Positions 1-13,722 of a DNA stretch of 64,000 nt are shown piece after piece. A program made the translations under genes and the position numbers. The notes beneath the pieces are model-generated. The model saw only the letters and a list, made by a program, of their open reading frames with translations, had not been told where the DNA came from and did no database searches. The stretch covers positions 35,094,001-35,158,000 of the forward strand of contig CM059432.1 in NCBI GenBank assembly GCA_030390025.1. Reading direction: 5' to 3'. Every line of letters begins with the position of its first letter. Position 1 is the first letter of the stretch. This stretch comes from Squalus acanthias. Lineage: Eukaryota.

Positions 1-689
1 CAACCTGAATAGGGCAAAAAGAAAATGCACAAAATTAGTCAGGAAGAATGGGGCAGAGGAAGAGAGACTTCTGGTTCAGATTCAGAGACCAGGGTCATCA
101 ATTTAAAATTGTCACTAAGAAAGTTGGAAACATTTCTTTACTCAGAGAGTTGTTGGAGCATGGAATGCTTTGTGATAGAGAGCATTGAATCTTTTATGGG
201 GAAATTGGATAAATATTTGAAGCAGAGAAGGATACAGGGCTATGGGGAGAGAGTGGCACAGTGGGATGGCTCCAGCAAAGAGCCAGTACAGACATGATGG
301 GCTGAATAGCCTCCTTCTCTGTTGTAAACCTCTATGGAATGTCACCAAGCCAGTATAAAAAGACACAGACAGGGCAATAATATTTTCTTCCTAATTTTCT
401 CTCCTCTCCTGAAGACGGTGGGGGTGGGGCTAGAGGTTGAGGGTCGGGGGCCAAGGGCCAGAGGTGGGGGTTCGGGGCCAGATCCACAGGTGCTGCGTTT
501 CCTCCTATATCTCGCCAATATGCCCATTCTGGATGTATGAGAGTTGACAGGCAAATAAACCATGGGGAGCATTACATCCGAACCCATTCCTGTCCTCGCC
601 TGACATCTTTATGCACACATTTGTCCAGCAGGGGTCACTGGACAGCAACCCATTCCCCTTTCTATTCTGAAAGAGAGTTTCTATAGTGC

Positions 690-1110
690 TTTATCATGTC
701 CTCAGGAGATCAAAAATTGCTTCACAACTAATCTTGAAGTGCTGTTCAAGGTAAACACATGCAGCAAGATTCCACATGTAACAAATGAGATCAGTTAATC
801 TGTTTTTTGGTGGTTTTGGTTGAGGAAAGAATGTTGCCCAGGACACCGGGAGAATTTTCTGCTCTTCCTCCGATAGTGCCATGGGATCTTTAACATCCAC
901 GTGATGTCAGCCGTGGCTCAGTGGTACCACTCTCGCCTCTGAGTCAAAAGGTTATGGGTTCAAGCCCCCGCTCTAGAAACTTGAGCACATAATCTTGGCT
1001 GACACTCTAGTGAAGCACTGAGGGAGTGCTGCATTGTGAGATGCCATCTTTCAGATGAGACGTTAAACCGAGGCCCTATCTGCCCTCTCAGCTGGATTTA
1101 AAAGCACTGG
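690..1110. mobile_element. Two Deu-domain SINE fragments (minus, then plus)
   Basis: Same Deu core. Further copies near 3730-4220, 4410-4620, 5130-5305, 7300-7490, 8028-8350, 18695-19005, 25830-26035 and 57355-57705. Confidence 0.8.
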
Positions 1111-1149
1111 GATGAAGAGAAGAATCATCTATCAGATGAAAAGCTTGTT

Positions 1150-1870
1150 CTTGTATCCTATCCAAGAGTAATATAAAACAGTCAAAGTTCTGGTCCCCTC
1201 ACATGATGGGTAATATAGAGCTCCTGGAAAAGGTTCATAGCAGGGCCTAGTTTAAAATTCTTAGTTATCACGGTATACTCAAGAAGCTGGGTCTTTTTAA
1301 TTCTAGAAAAGCATGGACTTCAGGGAGACATGATTGAAGTATTTAAAATGATGAAGGGACTAGACTGTATACATGTGAACAGACTATTTGAATCAGTGAA
1401 GTTATAGAGAACGAGGGGATGTATGTATAGAACTAGGTTAGACGGCGGGAGGTTTTTCCTTTCTCAGAGGATCATTGACCTTTGGAACAAGTTGCCGGCT
1501 CATGCAGTGGCTGCAGATTCACTGCACACACTCAAAAGAAAGCTGGACGAATTCCTGGAGGAGGCTGATGTCATTGTATACAAAAGGTAGGTGGGATATT
1601 GGGTGATGTACCTCGTGGTCACTGTTATCTCCTGGAACTCGTTTATGATCGTCTTCAGGGGTCAGGGGTTGGAGAGGAATTTCCCAGAATTCTTTCTTTC
1701 CCTGAATTGGACTAAGATTTTTATTAATCTGTTTTATTTGCCTGTCCCAGGGATTACATGGCTGTGGTGAGTGGGATGCATTGGGGTTCATGTTGCTTAG
1801 TTGAAACACGGCTGAATGGGACAGATCGGATGGACCACTCTGTCTTTTTTATATGTTCATATGTAAGATT
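1150..1870 (+). mobile_element. Degenerate CR1 3' fragment
   Basis: Decayed CR1 C-terminal coding sequence; same family as the inverted copy at 2995-3720. Confidence 0.65.
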
Positions 1871-1984
1871 GGTGATTGGTTGATCCACTAGATATCACTA
1901 GCACATTTGGTAAGTGCTTCTTCACATCACATTTATAAAGCATGCTAGAGACATCTAAGGACTCCTGGAAATTGAAGGCAGGTG

Positions 1985-2925
1985 ATTGCACAGTGTTCAG
2001 TTCCATTCGCAACTCCTCAGATAGTGAAGCAGTCCGTGACCGCATGCAGCAAGACCTGGACGACATTCAGGCTTGGGCTGATAAGTGACAAGTAACATTC
2101 GCGCCACACAAGTGCCAGACAATGACTATCTCCAACAAGAGAGAGTCTAACCACCACCCCTTGACATTTAACGGCATTACCATCGCCGAATCCACCACCA
2201 TCAATATCCTGGGGGTCAGCATTGACCAGAAACTTAACTGGACCAGCCACATAAATACTGTGGCTACTAGAGCGGGTCAGAGGCTGAGTATTCAGCAGCA
2301 AGTGACTCACCTCCTGACTCCCCAAAGCCTTTCCACCATCTACAAGGCACAAGTCAGGAGTGTGATGGAATCCTTTCTACTTGCCTGGATGAGTGCAGCT
2401 CCAACAACACTCAAGAAGCTCGACACCATCCAGGACAAAGCAGCACACTTAATTGTCACCCCATCTGCCACCTTAAATATTCACTCCCTCCACCACCGGC
2501 GTACCGTGGCTGCAGTGTGTACCATCTACAAGATGCACTGCAGCAACTCGCCAAGGCTTCTTCGACAGCACCTCCCAAACCCGTGGCCTCTACCGCCAAG
2601 TCGATACAGGGAGTCAGAATCCCGAAGACGCAGGCCTCCAGACCTCAGTCCGACAAGAAGGACAAGGGCCTGCAGGCACATGGGAACACCACCACCTCCA
2701 AGTCACACACCATCCTGACTTGGAAATATATCGCCGTTCCTTCATCGTCACTGGATCAAAATCCTGGAACTCCCTCCCTAACAGCACTGTGGGAGTACCT
2801 CCACCACACGGATTGCAGCAGTTCAAGAAGGCGGCTCACCACCACCTTCACGAGGGTAATTAGGGATGAGCAATAAATGCTGGTCTTGCAAGTGACGGCC
2901 ACATCCCATGAACGAATTAAAAGAA
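1985..2925 (+). mobile_element. Non-LTR retrotransposon 3' fragment (CR1/L2-superfamily RT C-terminus)
   Basis: ORF 2122-2718 ILGVSIDQKLNWTSHI..YKAQVRSVME. Related copies at 12640-13720(-), 44575-45030(+), 54390-54870(-) and 57860-58360(+). Confidence 0.85.
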
Positions 2926-2994
2926 AGAAACCTGAAAGGATTCCTAGTTTCAGAATCCAAGATCTAGGATGAGACCTCAGTGTAATACTGAGGT

Positions 2995-3720
2995 ACATAC
3001 AAACATACAAACAATGTCAGACAGGTAAAGACCCTCTGGTCCATCGAGCCTGTCCTACACAATTGCGATATTTTGTGTATCACAATATATACACTCCACC
3101 CCACCCCACCCAAAACCATGTGATCTCCTGGGAGAGGCAAAAAAACAAATAAAAAAACCCAGGGCAATCTGGGAAATTCCTCTTTAGCCCATCTAGGCGA
3201 TCAAAACTAGTCCAGGAGATCACACTAGTCCTGAATTCCCTGCAGTATCTACCTTCTGTAAGAGGTGATCTCCGCCCCAGCCAGAAACAGGTCCAGCTCT
3301 CGCTTGAAGGAATTCAGCAAATCAGCTTCCACCACACTAGACGGCAGCCTATTCCAGAGGTCCACTATTCTCTGGGAAAAGAACCACCTCCTGACATCGA
3401 ACCTAGATCTAGTCTTATACAACTTACATTTTTGACCCCTGGTCATCCCTAACCTATTTAATTGAAACAAACTGTCAACTGGAACACAATCTATTCCCTT
3501 CATCATCTTATAAACTTCAATCAAATCACCTCTAAGTCTACGCTTCTCTAAATTGTAGAGTCCCAACTCTTTTAGCCTATCTTGACAACTAGGATGCTTT
3601 AAACTGGGAATTAGTCTAGTGGCCCTCTCGGCACCTTTCCAAAGCCTCAATATCACCCACCATGTGAGGAAACCAAAACTGGACACAGTATTCCAAGTGC
3701 ATCCTGCTGTATGCAGCATT
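2995..3720 (-). mobile_element. CR1 3' fragment
   Basis: ORF 3249-3719 RLKELGLYNLEKRRLRGDLIEVYK..FFSQRIVDLWNRLP. Confidence 0.88.
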
Positions 3721-6700
3721 GTCAGGCATATTGTTTTTTGGGTGACATGTTAAGCTAAGATCCTCTTCTGCCTGTCCTATGGGATATTAAAGATTCGATG
3801 GCACACCTTTCATTCATGTACATACATTTAGCACCCTCATATCTCTAAGTACTTCACATACAATGAATTACTTTGAAATGCAGTGATTACTGTTATGGAG
3901 ATAAGTATAGCAGCCATTTTGCAGGATGCCACAAACAGCAAAGCCCAGTCATTCTGGATCTTTCAGTGCTATTGGTTGAGAGAGGAATATTGACCAGGAC
4001 ACCAGGAGAACAATGATTCTTCTTTGATTACATGGGATCTTTAATGTCCGCCTCAGCAGGCAGATGGTTTAACATCTCATCTGAAGGACGGCACCTCCGA
4101 CAGTGCAGCACTCCTGCAGTACTGCACTGAAGTGTCAGCCCAGATTACATGCTGAAATCCAGAAACGAGGCTTGAACCCATGACCTTCTGACTCAGAGGA
4201 AAGAGCCAAGTTGGCACTTTGTCAACAATAACAGTTGTCTCTTTTAAAGTTTATTAAGCAAGCAGGATTTTTTTTTCTGTGTTTTGTTTCTAAACAACAG
4301 CACAACTGACTGTCCGGTCAACTCCTGACTAATCAGTTGGAAACATTAATCGGAGCGTGCAGCCAAGGAATTCGTCACAGCTGCTGAGTTCTGAATCAAA
4401 AGAAAGAAAAAGAAAGACTTGCATTTATATAGTGCCTTTCACAACCTGAGGACATCGCAAGGCGCTTTACAGCCAATGAAGTAGTCTTGAAGTGTAATCA
4501 CGGTTGTAATGGAAACGCGGCAGCCAATTTGCGCACAGCAAGGTTCCACAAACAGCATTGAGATAATGACCAGATATTCTGTTTTAATGATGGTGGTTAA
4601 GGGACAAACATAGCAAGCAAAACCAAAAATGCTTTCATAGAATTATACAGCACAGAAGGAGGCCATTCGGCTTATCATGTCTGTGTTGGCTCTTTGAAAG
4701 AGCTATCCAATTAGTCCCACTTGACTGCTCTTTATCCATCGCCCTGCAAGTTCTTCCTTTCTAAAAATGTAATTTTTAGTGAATATCTTTCAGGTTACTA
4801 ATTGGACAATCCCGGCAGCTATGTTGAAATTGTTGCCTTGTTTTAATGATGTAAGTCCCACATGAACAGAGGCATGGAGGAAAGTTCCTCATTAAACTTA
4901 TTTAGATTTTATTGCAAATGGTGCTTGGAGGAAGATTGATGTTCAGGATCAGACTTGTTGCGTACCAATCTTCAGAAACCTCCTGAGCCCAATTACCATC
5001 TTAAGAGGACTGGATGGTGCAGTGGGTTAACATATTGACCTTTCACCTCTACATTTGGATCCAGCTAAGGCTGGTGGCTGGATTGAGTTTGATCGTATGA
5101 TGCAACAAGATCATAGCCAATACCACCTTAGAGGGCAGACTGAGGGCCTCAGTTTAATGTCTCATCTGAAACTGATATCTTCGACTGTGCAGCACTCCCT
5201 CAGTACTGCAGTGGAGTGCCAGCATAGATTATGTGCTCAACTCTCTAGAGTAGTGCTTGAACCCACAATCTTCTGACTCAGAGGTACCACTGAGCCAAGG
5301 CTGAAACCACGGGGGTAATTTTAACCTATATGTGGGGCGGGAAATCCATGGGATCGGGTGGAATGCTGGTTTTAGACCCCGCTCAGTGACTTCAATGGAG
5401 AATAAAATCAGGTGGGGTGTAAAACCAGCCCAATCCCATCAGATTTCCGACAGGCAGGTTATGTTAAAATTGTCCCCCTTCAAGTCAGAGGAGGTACTGA
5501 TTGAACTGTACAGGACTCTGGTCAGACCAAACCTTGAGTACTGAGTCCAGTTCTGGTCACCGAGACACAAGGGAGATTTATCAAGCATTGGAGGCAGTGC
5601 AGAGAGAAGCCACAGGCTGATCCCCAGTGTCAGGAGTCTGAATTATGAGGAAAGGCTGGAGAAATTTGGGCTTTTCAGCCTGGAAAGGAGGTATACAAGA
5701 TAGTTAACGGAATGGAAAAGGTGAATCTGGAATATTACTTTAATTTAATTTGTGAGAGTAGGACAGGTGGACACAGGTTCAAACTAGTAAAAATTATGAC
5801 TGATATCGGACAATTCCTCTTCACATGAATGTAGGATCTTCATGGATGGATGATTGGTTTGAGCCAAATGGGCCTTCCTCATCTGTAATTATGTTGTGAT
5901 CCTGAGACCTTCTTCTGATGGTGAGACCCTCTCCTGAGGGGGAAGCTCTTTCTTGATGGGGCGACTCCCTCTTTGATAGGAGTCCGATTATACAACTTCC
6001 CCCTTTCCTGTTAACAATTGCCATTTTAATACAGTGTTCTGTAAAGTAGCTTTTTTTAATTGAAGAGTCTCGGTGAAGGGTCGTAAGTCCACATGACAGG
6101 CAGTTGCACAAGGCCCAAAACAGCACACAGTGAGTGCCTTTAACTAACTTACAGGAGGAGGTTAGTGGAAGTTCATTCTTGTTACTTCAAAGGTGCCAGC
6201 AGCTAGCTGAAGAGAGCAATTGTTATCATGTGATTCTACACAGGGGATCTGTGAATCTTACAGGGAAAAGGGGGCCCTCATTTCAAAGTATTATCTTGGC
6301 TAATATCACTAGATTTCATTTGGGAAATTGGGCAGGGTAGTAACAGGGCAAGGGGTGAAAATCAGGCCACAGCGTAATGAAATTAGGCACAGGGCATGTG
6401 AAAATAAAGCCTTTGTCCAAAAAATGATAGTAGGTTTGAAAAGACTTCTTTGTAAATCGCGCCTTATCATATTTCTCAGAATATCTCACAACACTTCCCA
6501 TACAATCAATTACATTGAAGAAAAGTGATTGCTGTTATTTAGGTAAACATGGCAGCCATTTTGCACACAACAAAATCCCATAAGATTTCTACCAGTATTC
6601 CCTTTAACCAACAAGCAAGAGGTGTACTAATGGTGAGACTCACTCTTTAAAATGAGTCTCCCTCCGTTCTAAATTGATGCCCTGACCTTGACACACCAAT

Positions 6701-6794
6701 GAGATGAATGACCAGTTAATTTGTTTTGGTGATGTTGGTTGAGGAATAAACATTGGCCAGGACACCAGGAGATCTCCCTGCTCGCTTCAAATAG

Positions 6795-7302
6795 AAAAAG
6801 AAAATACTGCAGAGACTGGAAATCTGAAATAAAAACAGAAAATGCTGGAAATACTCAGCAGGTCAGGCAGCATCTATGAAGAGAGAAACAGAGTCAACAT
6901 TTCAGGTCGATGACCTTTCGTCAGAACTGGAAAAAAGCAGGAAATGTAACAGATATTTAAGCAAGTGTAGTGGCTGGGAAATGGGGGAGGGGATGAAAGA
7001 ACAAAAGGGAAGGCATGTGATAGGCTGGAAGGCAGGAGAGATTAAGAGATATTGAGAGACATTAAGAGATATTCAAGGCAAAAAGGGATGGTAATGGGAC
7101 AGGTTAAGAGGGAAGGGGTGTTGGGGGCGATAGAGAAGTGGACTAGGGTGTCGCGGAGGGAGCGGTCCCGACGGAATGCTGAAAGGGGAGGTGAGGGGAA
7201 GATGCGTTTGGTGGTGGGATCACGCTGGAGGTGGCGGAAATGGCGGAGGATGATACGTTGAATGTGGAGGCTGGTGGGAGAAAGGTGAGGACAAGGGGAA
7301 CT
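6795..7302 (-). mobile_element. Internally deleted Penelope-like fragment
   Basis: Same terminal repeat as 10430-10700, joined to a piece encoding HIQRIILRHFRHLQRDPTTKRIFPSPPLSAFRRD. Confidence 0.85.
6892..6928 (-). ncRNA. Minimal hammerhead ribozyme motif
   Basis: AGUU-CUGACGA-A-AGGUC(AUC)GACCU-GAAA-UG-UU-GACU. Confidence 0.6.
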
Positions 7303-10300
7303 CTTCAAATAGGATTCTTTTACATCCACCTGAGAGGGCAGATGGGGCCTCAGTTTAACGTCTCATCTGAAAAACAGCACCTCTAATAGCGCAGCGCTGA
7401 AATGTCAGCTACGATGATGTGTTCAAGTCATGGAGTGGGACTGGAACCCATGACCTTCTGAATCAGGGCTACCAACTGAGCCAAGGCTAAGACTTCCAAC
7501 CATCCCTGCCTCTTCCACCCAAAATCTGGGCCAAGTAATCAGAAGAAAGAAATCGCAAAAACAGAAACTTGAACTTTCTGTGTTTTCAAATTTAGTATCA
7601 GATGTCAATTACAAGTGAGCCCCGAGATTCTCGAGCCTCGTGCCTCCTCAGCTAATCTAAGCATTATGAACTGCTATTTCAATAAGTGCTTTTCAATGCA
7701 TTTAAGCTCAGAATTAATATTAATGACAGCCAAAGAAGGAAGCTGGTTTCCATTAACGGGTGACTCATCCATGCCTATCCCAAATGCTGTTAACTTGTCT
7801 GCAAGTCGGCTCTTGGGGGCTCTTCTGTCACCCACAGTGTGTCACTTCTTTGCAAGTCTACTTTAGACAGACCTTTTGACACATCCCAGCTTCACATCAC
7901 CTTTTGAATAGTGGCACTGTCTCCTGTGCTGTAAATCAGTTGTTGCTCTGCCAACCAGGCACTCTTCCCTATCAGTTCCAAAGTTCAGGCTGATTAAACT
8001 GTTTTGCTTTAGTTTTTTATCAGATCTTTCCGTCTTTCGGATGAGACGTTAAACCAAGGCCCCGTCTGCCCTCTCAGGTGGGCTTAAAAGATCCTATGGC
8101 ACTATTTTGAAGAAGAGTTATCCATGGAATCCTAGTCAATATTTATCCCTCAATCAACATCACTAAAAAACAGATTATCTGGTCATTATCACATTGTTGT
8201 TTGTGGGAGCTTGCTGTGTGCAAATTGGCTGCCACGTTCCTACATTACAACAGTGACTACACTTCGAAAAAAAGCACTTCATTGGCTGTAAAGCGCTTTG
8301 GGATGTTCGATGGTCGTGAAAGGCGCTATATAAATGCAAGTCTTTCTTTCTTATCTTTTTTTTGCTGATTTTTGGAAAAATTGAGATGAGGGATTATCCT
8401 GGGGAATAATTGCTTACCAATTCAATCCACTCCCGGGACAGGTACAGCATGGGATAGATACAGAGTAAATCTCCCTTTACACTGTCCCATCAAACACTCC
8501 CAGGTCAGATACTGCACAGATTAGATGCAGAGTAAATCTCCCTTTACACTGTCCCATCAAACACTCCCAGGTCAGATACAGCACAACCAGATAAACACTG
8601 AGCCGCTTCAAAATTATTATCCAATTCCAACCTCAGAAGAGGCCCTCCCCCAATGCACCATTTTCCATCCTGAGGGCCTCTCTAGTGAGATTGGCAATTT
8701 AGTCTCAATTAGTACAGCATTCAGGCCGGTTTAGTGCGACAGTTTCATGATCTCTTGGAACAGGGTTAAAGATGTTCCAAATCACTTCACATAGAACCCT
8801 ACAACCACCAGAGAGAGGAGCCCTTCATCCCATTGGGCTGGGCTGGATGTGAATCCTGGTCCAAAGAAAGAGCTGAAACATCTATGGACTTCTCACATAC
8901 TCCCGTCATTACTTCATCAGGAATGCGCTGGAAGGCCCAGATACACCGGAAACCAGGCAAACCGATCAAAGCATTGATGGCTGTGGCCCCATTTGGGTGT
9001 CCAGACCTGGAGCCTCAGAGATCTCTAAAGTCTCAGAAAGATATTTGAAAGCTGACAGAACAGGAATTCAAATCAAACAATTCTTTTTGTTGCTCTGATA
9101 CTGCCGTCCGACTGATTAATTGGGGTCCTATCAGTTAGATAATGCAATTATCTGCTATTTTAGTTGGAGGCCTGAGCTGCTTCCCCATCAGGCTAGGCCT
9201 GTTGGGACGTGGATCGTAGGCCAGAAGAGACCCAGGAGATAAGCTTTAAAATTTATTTTTAGGTTTCCTCTGAGCCCTACAAGGAATCCTTAGGCCTCCC
9301 TTACCCCGAGCTTCCCCACATCTCCCGCGATCACCTTTGACCCCCAACCCCTCCCGCATTTACCTGACTGCCGGGGACCGATCCCACAGGTTCCTGACCT
9401 CCTGCCTGCGCTCTTCCGCTCCTGCTCGCCACCCTGGTAGTGCATCATGGCCGGGTTTGGGCAGGACTCTGATGAAAGTTATGGTAATCAGGCCCGGCCC
9501 CTCCAAGTCCCCGGACTCCCCGGGTGTGTCACCTGCTTCGGGGTTCGTGCACATCGCACCCACCAACCCCTTTAAAACTGGTGGGGGATTCAAGAGCAGG
9601 AGGGCACAATCATAAAATTAGAGCTAGGCCATTTAGGAGTGAAATCAGGAAGCACTTTTTCACATAAAGGGTAGTTGAAATATGGAACTCGCTCCCCCAA
9701 AAGACAGTGGATGCTGGGTCAATTGAAATTTTCAAGACTGAAATCAATGGCTGTTTCGTTAAGTAAGAGGAATAAGGGATATAGCCTCCGCGCAAGAGTA
9801 ATCGAAAGACTTGCAGCTCAAAAGGGACTGATGGCCTTTCAAGGGCCTAAAGGACAGTATTTCCCTGGGGAAACCTAGGAATTTTCCTCCCGACTCACCC
9901 CCTTGATGTGGGGGAGGGGCAGGCGGTTGATCTACCCACTCTGATCAGAATTCAATGGACCACAGCACACAAACCAGTCTAACTCGATTCCTCCCCCAAT
10001 TGCAAGCACTCTTCTCCCCTCCCCCTCGGGGTAAATCAGGCTTCACACCCTCTCCAGCCCAAGGAATTTCAGATCCTTTCAAGAAGTGTTTGTCTTTCTT
10101 CCTTGTCTCCTTTGAATTAAAATTTGACACCACAGTTCAGTGTTCTAATTCCCGGTGCCCTGACTGAAGAATTCAATGAATTCACCCTTGTAGGAATGGA
10201 ATTGACTATCAAAAACAATAAATTTTCCTTTTGTAACAAGCTATTATTGACTTATTATAGTTTCAATAACATTTATAAGACGGTAGATGAAAGGATCTTA

Positions 10301-10429
10301 ATTCAAGTTCCTTCTTGGCCATCAGGCTATTTATCAGTCTATTCTCTTCAAACTTGTTTACATTACTTTTCAAGCCTCTCAAGGATCAGACCAAGAACAC
10401 ACTCAATAAAATGACACTTCAATTTATGT

Positions 10430-11850
10430 AAAATAACAACAGAAAACGCTGGAAAAACTCAGCAGGCCAGACACCATCCGTGGAGAGAGAAACAGAGTTA
10501 ACGTTTCAGGTCGAAACCCTTCGTCAGAACTGAGAAAAGAGCAGGAAATTAAACAGATAAAAATGCAAGGGGGAGGCTGGGGGGAGGAATAAAGGAACAA
10601 AAGGGGTGGTCTATGGTAAGTAGAGACATTAAGAGATGCTCAAGGCAAGACGAGATGGTAATAGGACAGGTTAAGAAACAAAAGGTGAAGTGTGAAATGC
10701 TGGCAGAATGAGAGACCGCTGCCGTAGGGGTAGAGAGAGGAAAAAAAAGGAAAAAGGCACGAATCAAAAGGGTGGATAAAATGTATACATATGTGGTAGG
10801 GGTCGAGGTTATGATCTGAAATTGTTGAACTCGATATTGAGTCCGGAAGGCTGTAAAGTGCCTAAACGAAAGATGAGGTGCTGTTCCTCGAGCTTATGCT
10901 GAGCTTCCATGGAACAATGCACGAGGCCGAGGACAGTGAGGTCTGAGTGGGCGTGGAGGGGTGAATTAAAATGACAAGCGACCGGAAGCTCGGGGTCACC
11001 CTTACGGACTGAACGGAGGTGTTCCGCAAAGCGGTCACCCAATCTGCGTTTGGTCTCCCCAATGTAGAGGAGACCACATCGTGAGCAGCGAATACAGTAT
11101 ACTAGATTGCAAGAAGTACAAGCAAATCGCTCTTTCACCTGGAAGGGGTGTTTGGGGCCCTGGAGAGTGGGAAGGGGGGATGAATAAGGGCAGGTGTTGC
11201 ATCTCCTGCGCTTGCACGGGAAGGTGCCGGGCGAGGGGGAAGGGGTGCTGGGGGTGATAGAGGAGTGGACTAGGGTGTCTCGGAGGGAGTGGTCCCTACG
11301 GAATGCTGAAAGGGGAGGTGAGGGGAAGATACGTTTGGTGGTGGGATCACGTTGGAGGTGGCGGAAATGGCGGAGGATGATCCGTTGAATGTGGAGGCTG
11401 GTGGGGTGAAAGGTGAGGACAAGGGGAACTCTATCGTGGTTCCGGGAGGGAGGGGCCGGGGTGAGGGCAAAAGTGCGGGAGATAGAACGGACACGGTCGA
11501 GGGCCGTGTCGACCACGGTAGAGGGGAATCCTTGGTTGAGGAAAAAGGAAGACATGTCGGAAGCACTGGTATGGAAGGTGGCATCGTCGGAGCAGATGCG
11601 GCGGAGACGGAGAAACTGGAAGAAGGGAATAGAGTCCTTACAGGAGGCGGGGTGGGAGGAAGTGTAGTCCAGGTAGCTGTGGGAGTCAGTGGGCTTGTAG
11701 TGAATGTTGGTCAATAACCTATCCCCAGAGATGGAGACGGAGAAGTCGAGGAAGGGGAGGGAAGAGTCGGAGATGGACCATGTGAAGGTGAGGGAAGGGT
11801 GGAAATTGGAGGCAAAGTGAATGAAATTGTCTAGTTCGGGGCGAGAGGCG
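10430..11850 (-). mobile_element. Penelope-like retroelement, 3' half (RT C-terminus and GIY-YIG endonuclease)
   Basis: ORF 10809-11876 with FLDFSV, HYKPTDSHSYL, CxxC motifs and VYCIRC..LYIGETKRRLGDRFAEH, ending GLN. Terminal repeat carries a hammerhead motif. Confidence 0.93.
10496..10531 (-). ncRNA. Minimal type I hammerhead ribozyme motif (Penelope terminal repeat)
   Basis: AGUU-CUGACGA-AGG(GUUUCGA)CCU-GAAA-CG-UU-AACU: intact catalytic core, stems I and II, palindromic ACGU stem III. Confidence 0.75.
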
Positions 11851-12639
11851 GGAGAGGCCATTAAAGCCCTTAACAAGCCCTAAATTGGCTCTGTAATGCC
11901 ATTTTGAAACGTTTTAGCTAGTTTAACCCTTTTCCCACGTGAAGCACGCCTGATCTGAAACACGCCAGTGAAACCTGGCGGGAGCACAAGTGAATAGCTG
12001 ACTATCAGCTGCAGGTCCACTATTACAACGGAGATGTGATGAAGGTAGTAGTAGTATTAGGTCTGAAAGTCGCCTCTGATGCTGCTGCATTGAATGTCTT
12101 CAGAGACTGCCTGGCCTTTGCTATAAGAGGACCTGGATGCAAAAAAAATTCATTCTCTCTCTCTCTCTCTCTCTCTGATGCTGCTCATTTTGCATCCAGG
12201 TCCTCTCACAGCAAAAGCCAGGCAGTGTCTGACCTGCAATGCAGCAGCAATGATGACATCATCAGAGGCGACTTTCAGACTGAAAACACTAATTGGGTCA
12301 TGGGTTCCCACATGCTGGAACTCAATTGCCCAATTAAGTGAAAATTGCATCAATCTCCCACATCCAATTGCAGTCGGGTGGATAACACGAAATGCGGATG
12401 ACACGACCCCAACCCGCCCCAGTATCAAAATCCAGCCCTTCTCTGGGCTTAGATTAAGTCTGGGTCTCTGGATTACTAGTCCAGTAACATAACCACTATA
12501 CTAACTTAACCCCAGTGATCTGAGATTGGGCAGCACCCATCCAGCTCCTGTCAAGTCCTCCGTGCAAAATTGTCAACTAAACTGGCATCTCTCTCACAGA
12601 TAACATGGAATGGAAAAATATCATGGTGGGATATGAACT

Positions 12640-13722
12640 CACATTCTTTTTTTATTGTTTCTTAGTATGAGTGTCACTGGCACGGCCAGCATTTATTACC
12701 CATCCCTAGTTGCCCTGAGAAGGTAGTGGTGAGCATTCTTCTTGAACCACAGCAGTCCGTGAGGTGAACACCGTGTGGTGTTCCCATGCACCTGCTGCCT
12801 TTGTCCTTCTGGGTGGTGGCGGTCACGGGTTTGGGAGCTGCTGCCAAAGAACCCTTGGTGAGTTGCTGGAGTGCATCCTGTAGATAGTACAGACTGCAGC
12901 CTTTGATGTGCCGGTGGTGGAGGGAGTGAATGTTTAAGGTGGTAGGTGCCGATCAAACGGACTGCTTTGTCCTGGATGGTGTCGAGCTTCTTGAGTTTTG
13001 TTGGAGCTGTACTCATCCAGGCAGGTGGAAAGTATTCCATCACAGTCCTGACTTGTGCCTTGTAGGTGGTGGAGAGGATTTGGGGAGTCAGGAGGTTAGA
13101 CACTCGCCACAGAATACCCAGCCTCTGACCTGCTGTAATAACCACGGCATTTATGTGGCTGGTTTAGTTCAATTCCTGGTCAATTTTTTTAATTCGTTTC
13201 TGGGATGTGGGCGTTGCTGGCAAGGCCAGTATTTATTGCTCATCCCTAATTGCCCTCGAGAAGGTGGCGGTGAGCCATCTTCTTGAACTGCTGCAGTCCG
13301 TGTGGTGAAGGTACTCCCATAGTACTGTTAGGGAGGGAGTTCCAGGATTTTGACTCAACGACGATGAAGGATCGGCGATATATTTCCAAGTCAGGATGGT
13401 GTGTAACTTGGAGGGGAACTTGCGGGTGATGGTGTTCTCATGCACCTGCTGCCCTTGTCCTTCTAGGTGGTAGAAGTCGCAGGTTTTGGAGGTGCTGTCG
13501 AAGAATGGTGACCCCCCCCCCCCCCAGGATGTTGATGGTGGGGGATTCGGTGATGGTAATGCCATTGAATGTCAAAAGGAGGTAGTTAGGCTCTCTCTTG
13601 TTGGAGATGGTAATTGCCTTGCACTTGTGTGGCCCGAATGCTACTTGCCACTTATCAGCCCAAGCCTGGATGTTGTCTGTGTCTTGCTGCATGCTGGCAT
13701 GGACTGCTTCATTATCTGAGGA
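12640..13722 (-). mobile_element. Two rearranged fragments of the same non-LTR family
   Basis: ORF pieces AGQRLGILWRV..YKAQVRTVMEY and TISNKREPNYLLLTFNGITI. Confidence 0.8.

Noticed and set aside
12230..12290. VASDDVIIAAALQ as the next PTH1R exon (VDADDVITKEEQ)
   Set aside because: Only DDVI matches, and the same sequence recurs at ~63380-63430 inside a MITE family.
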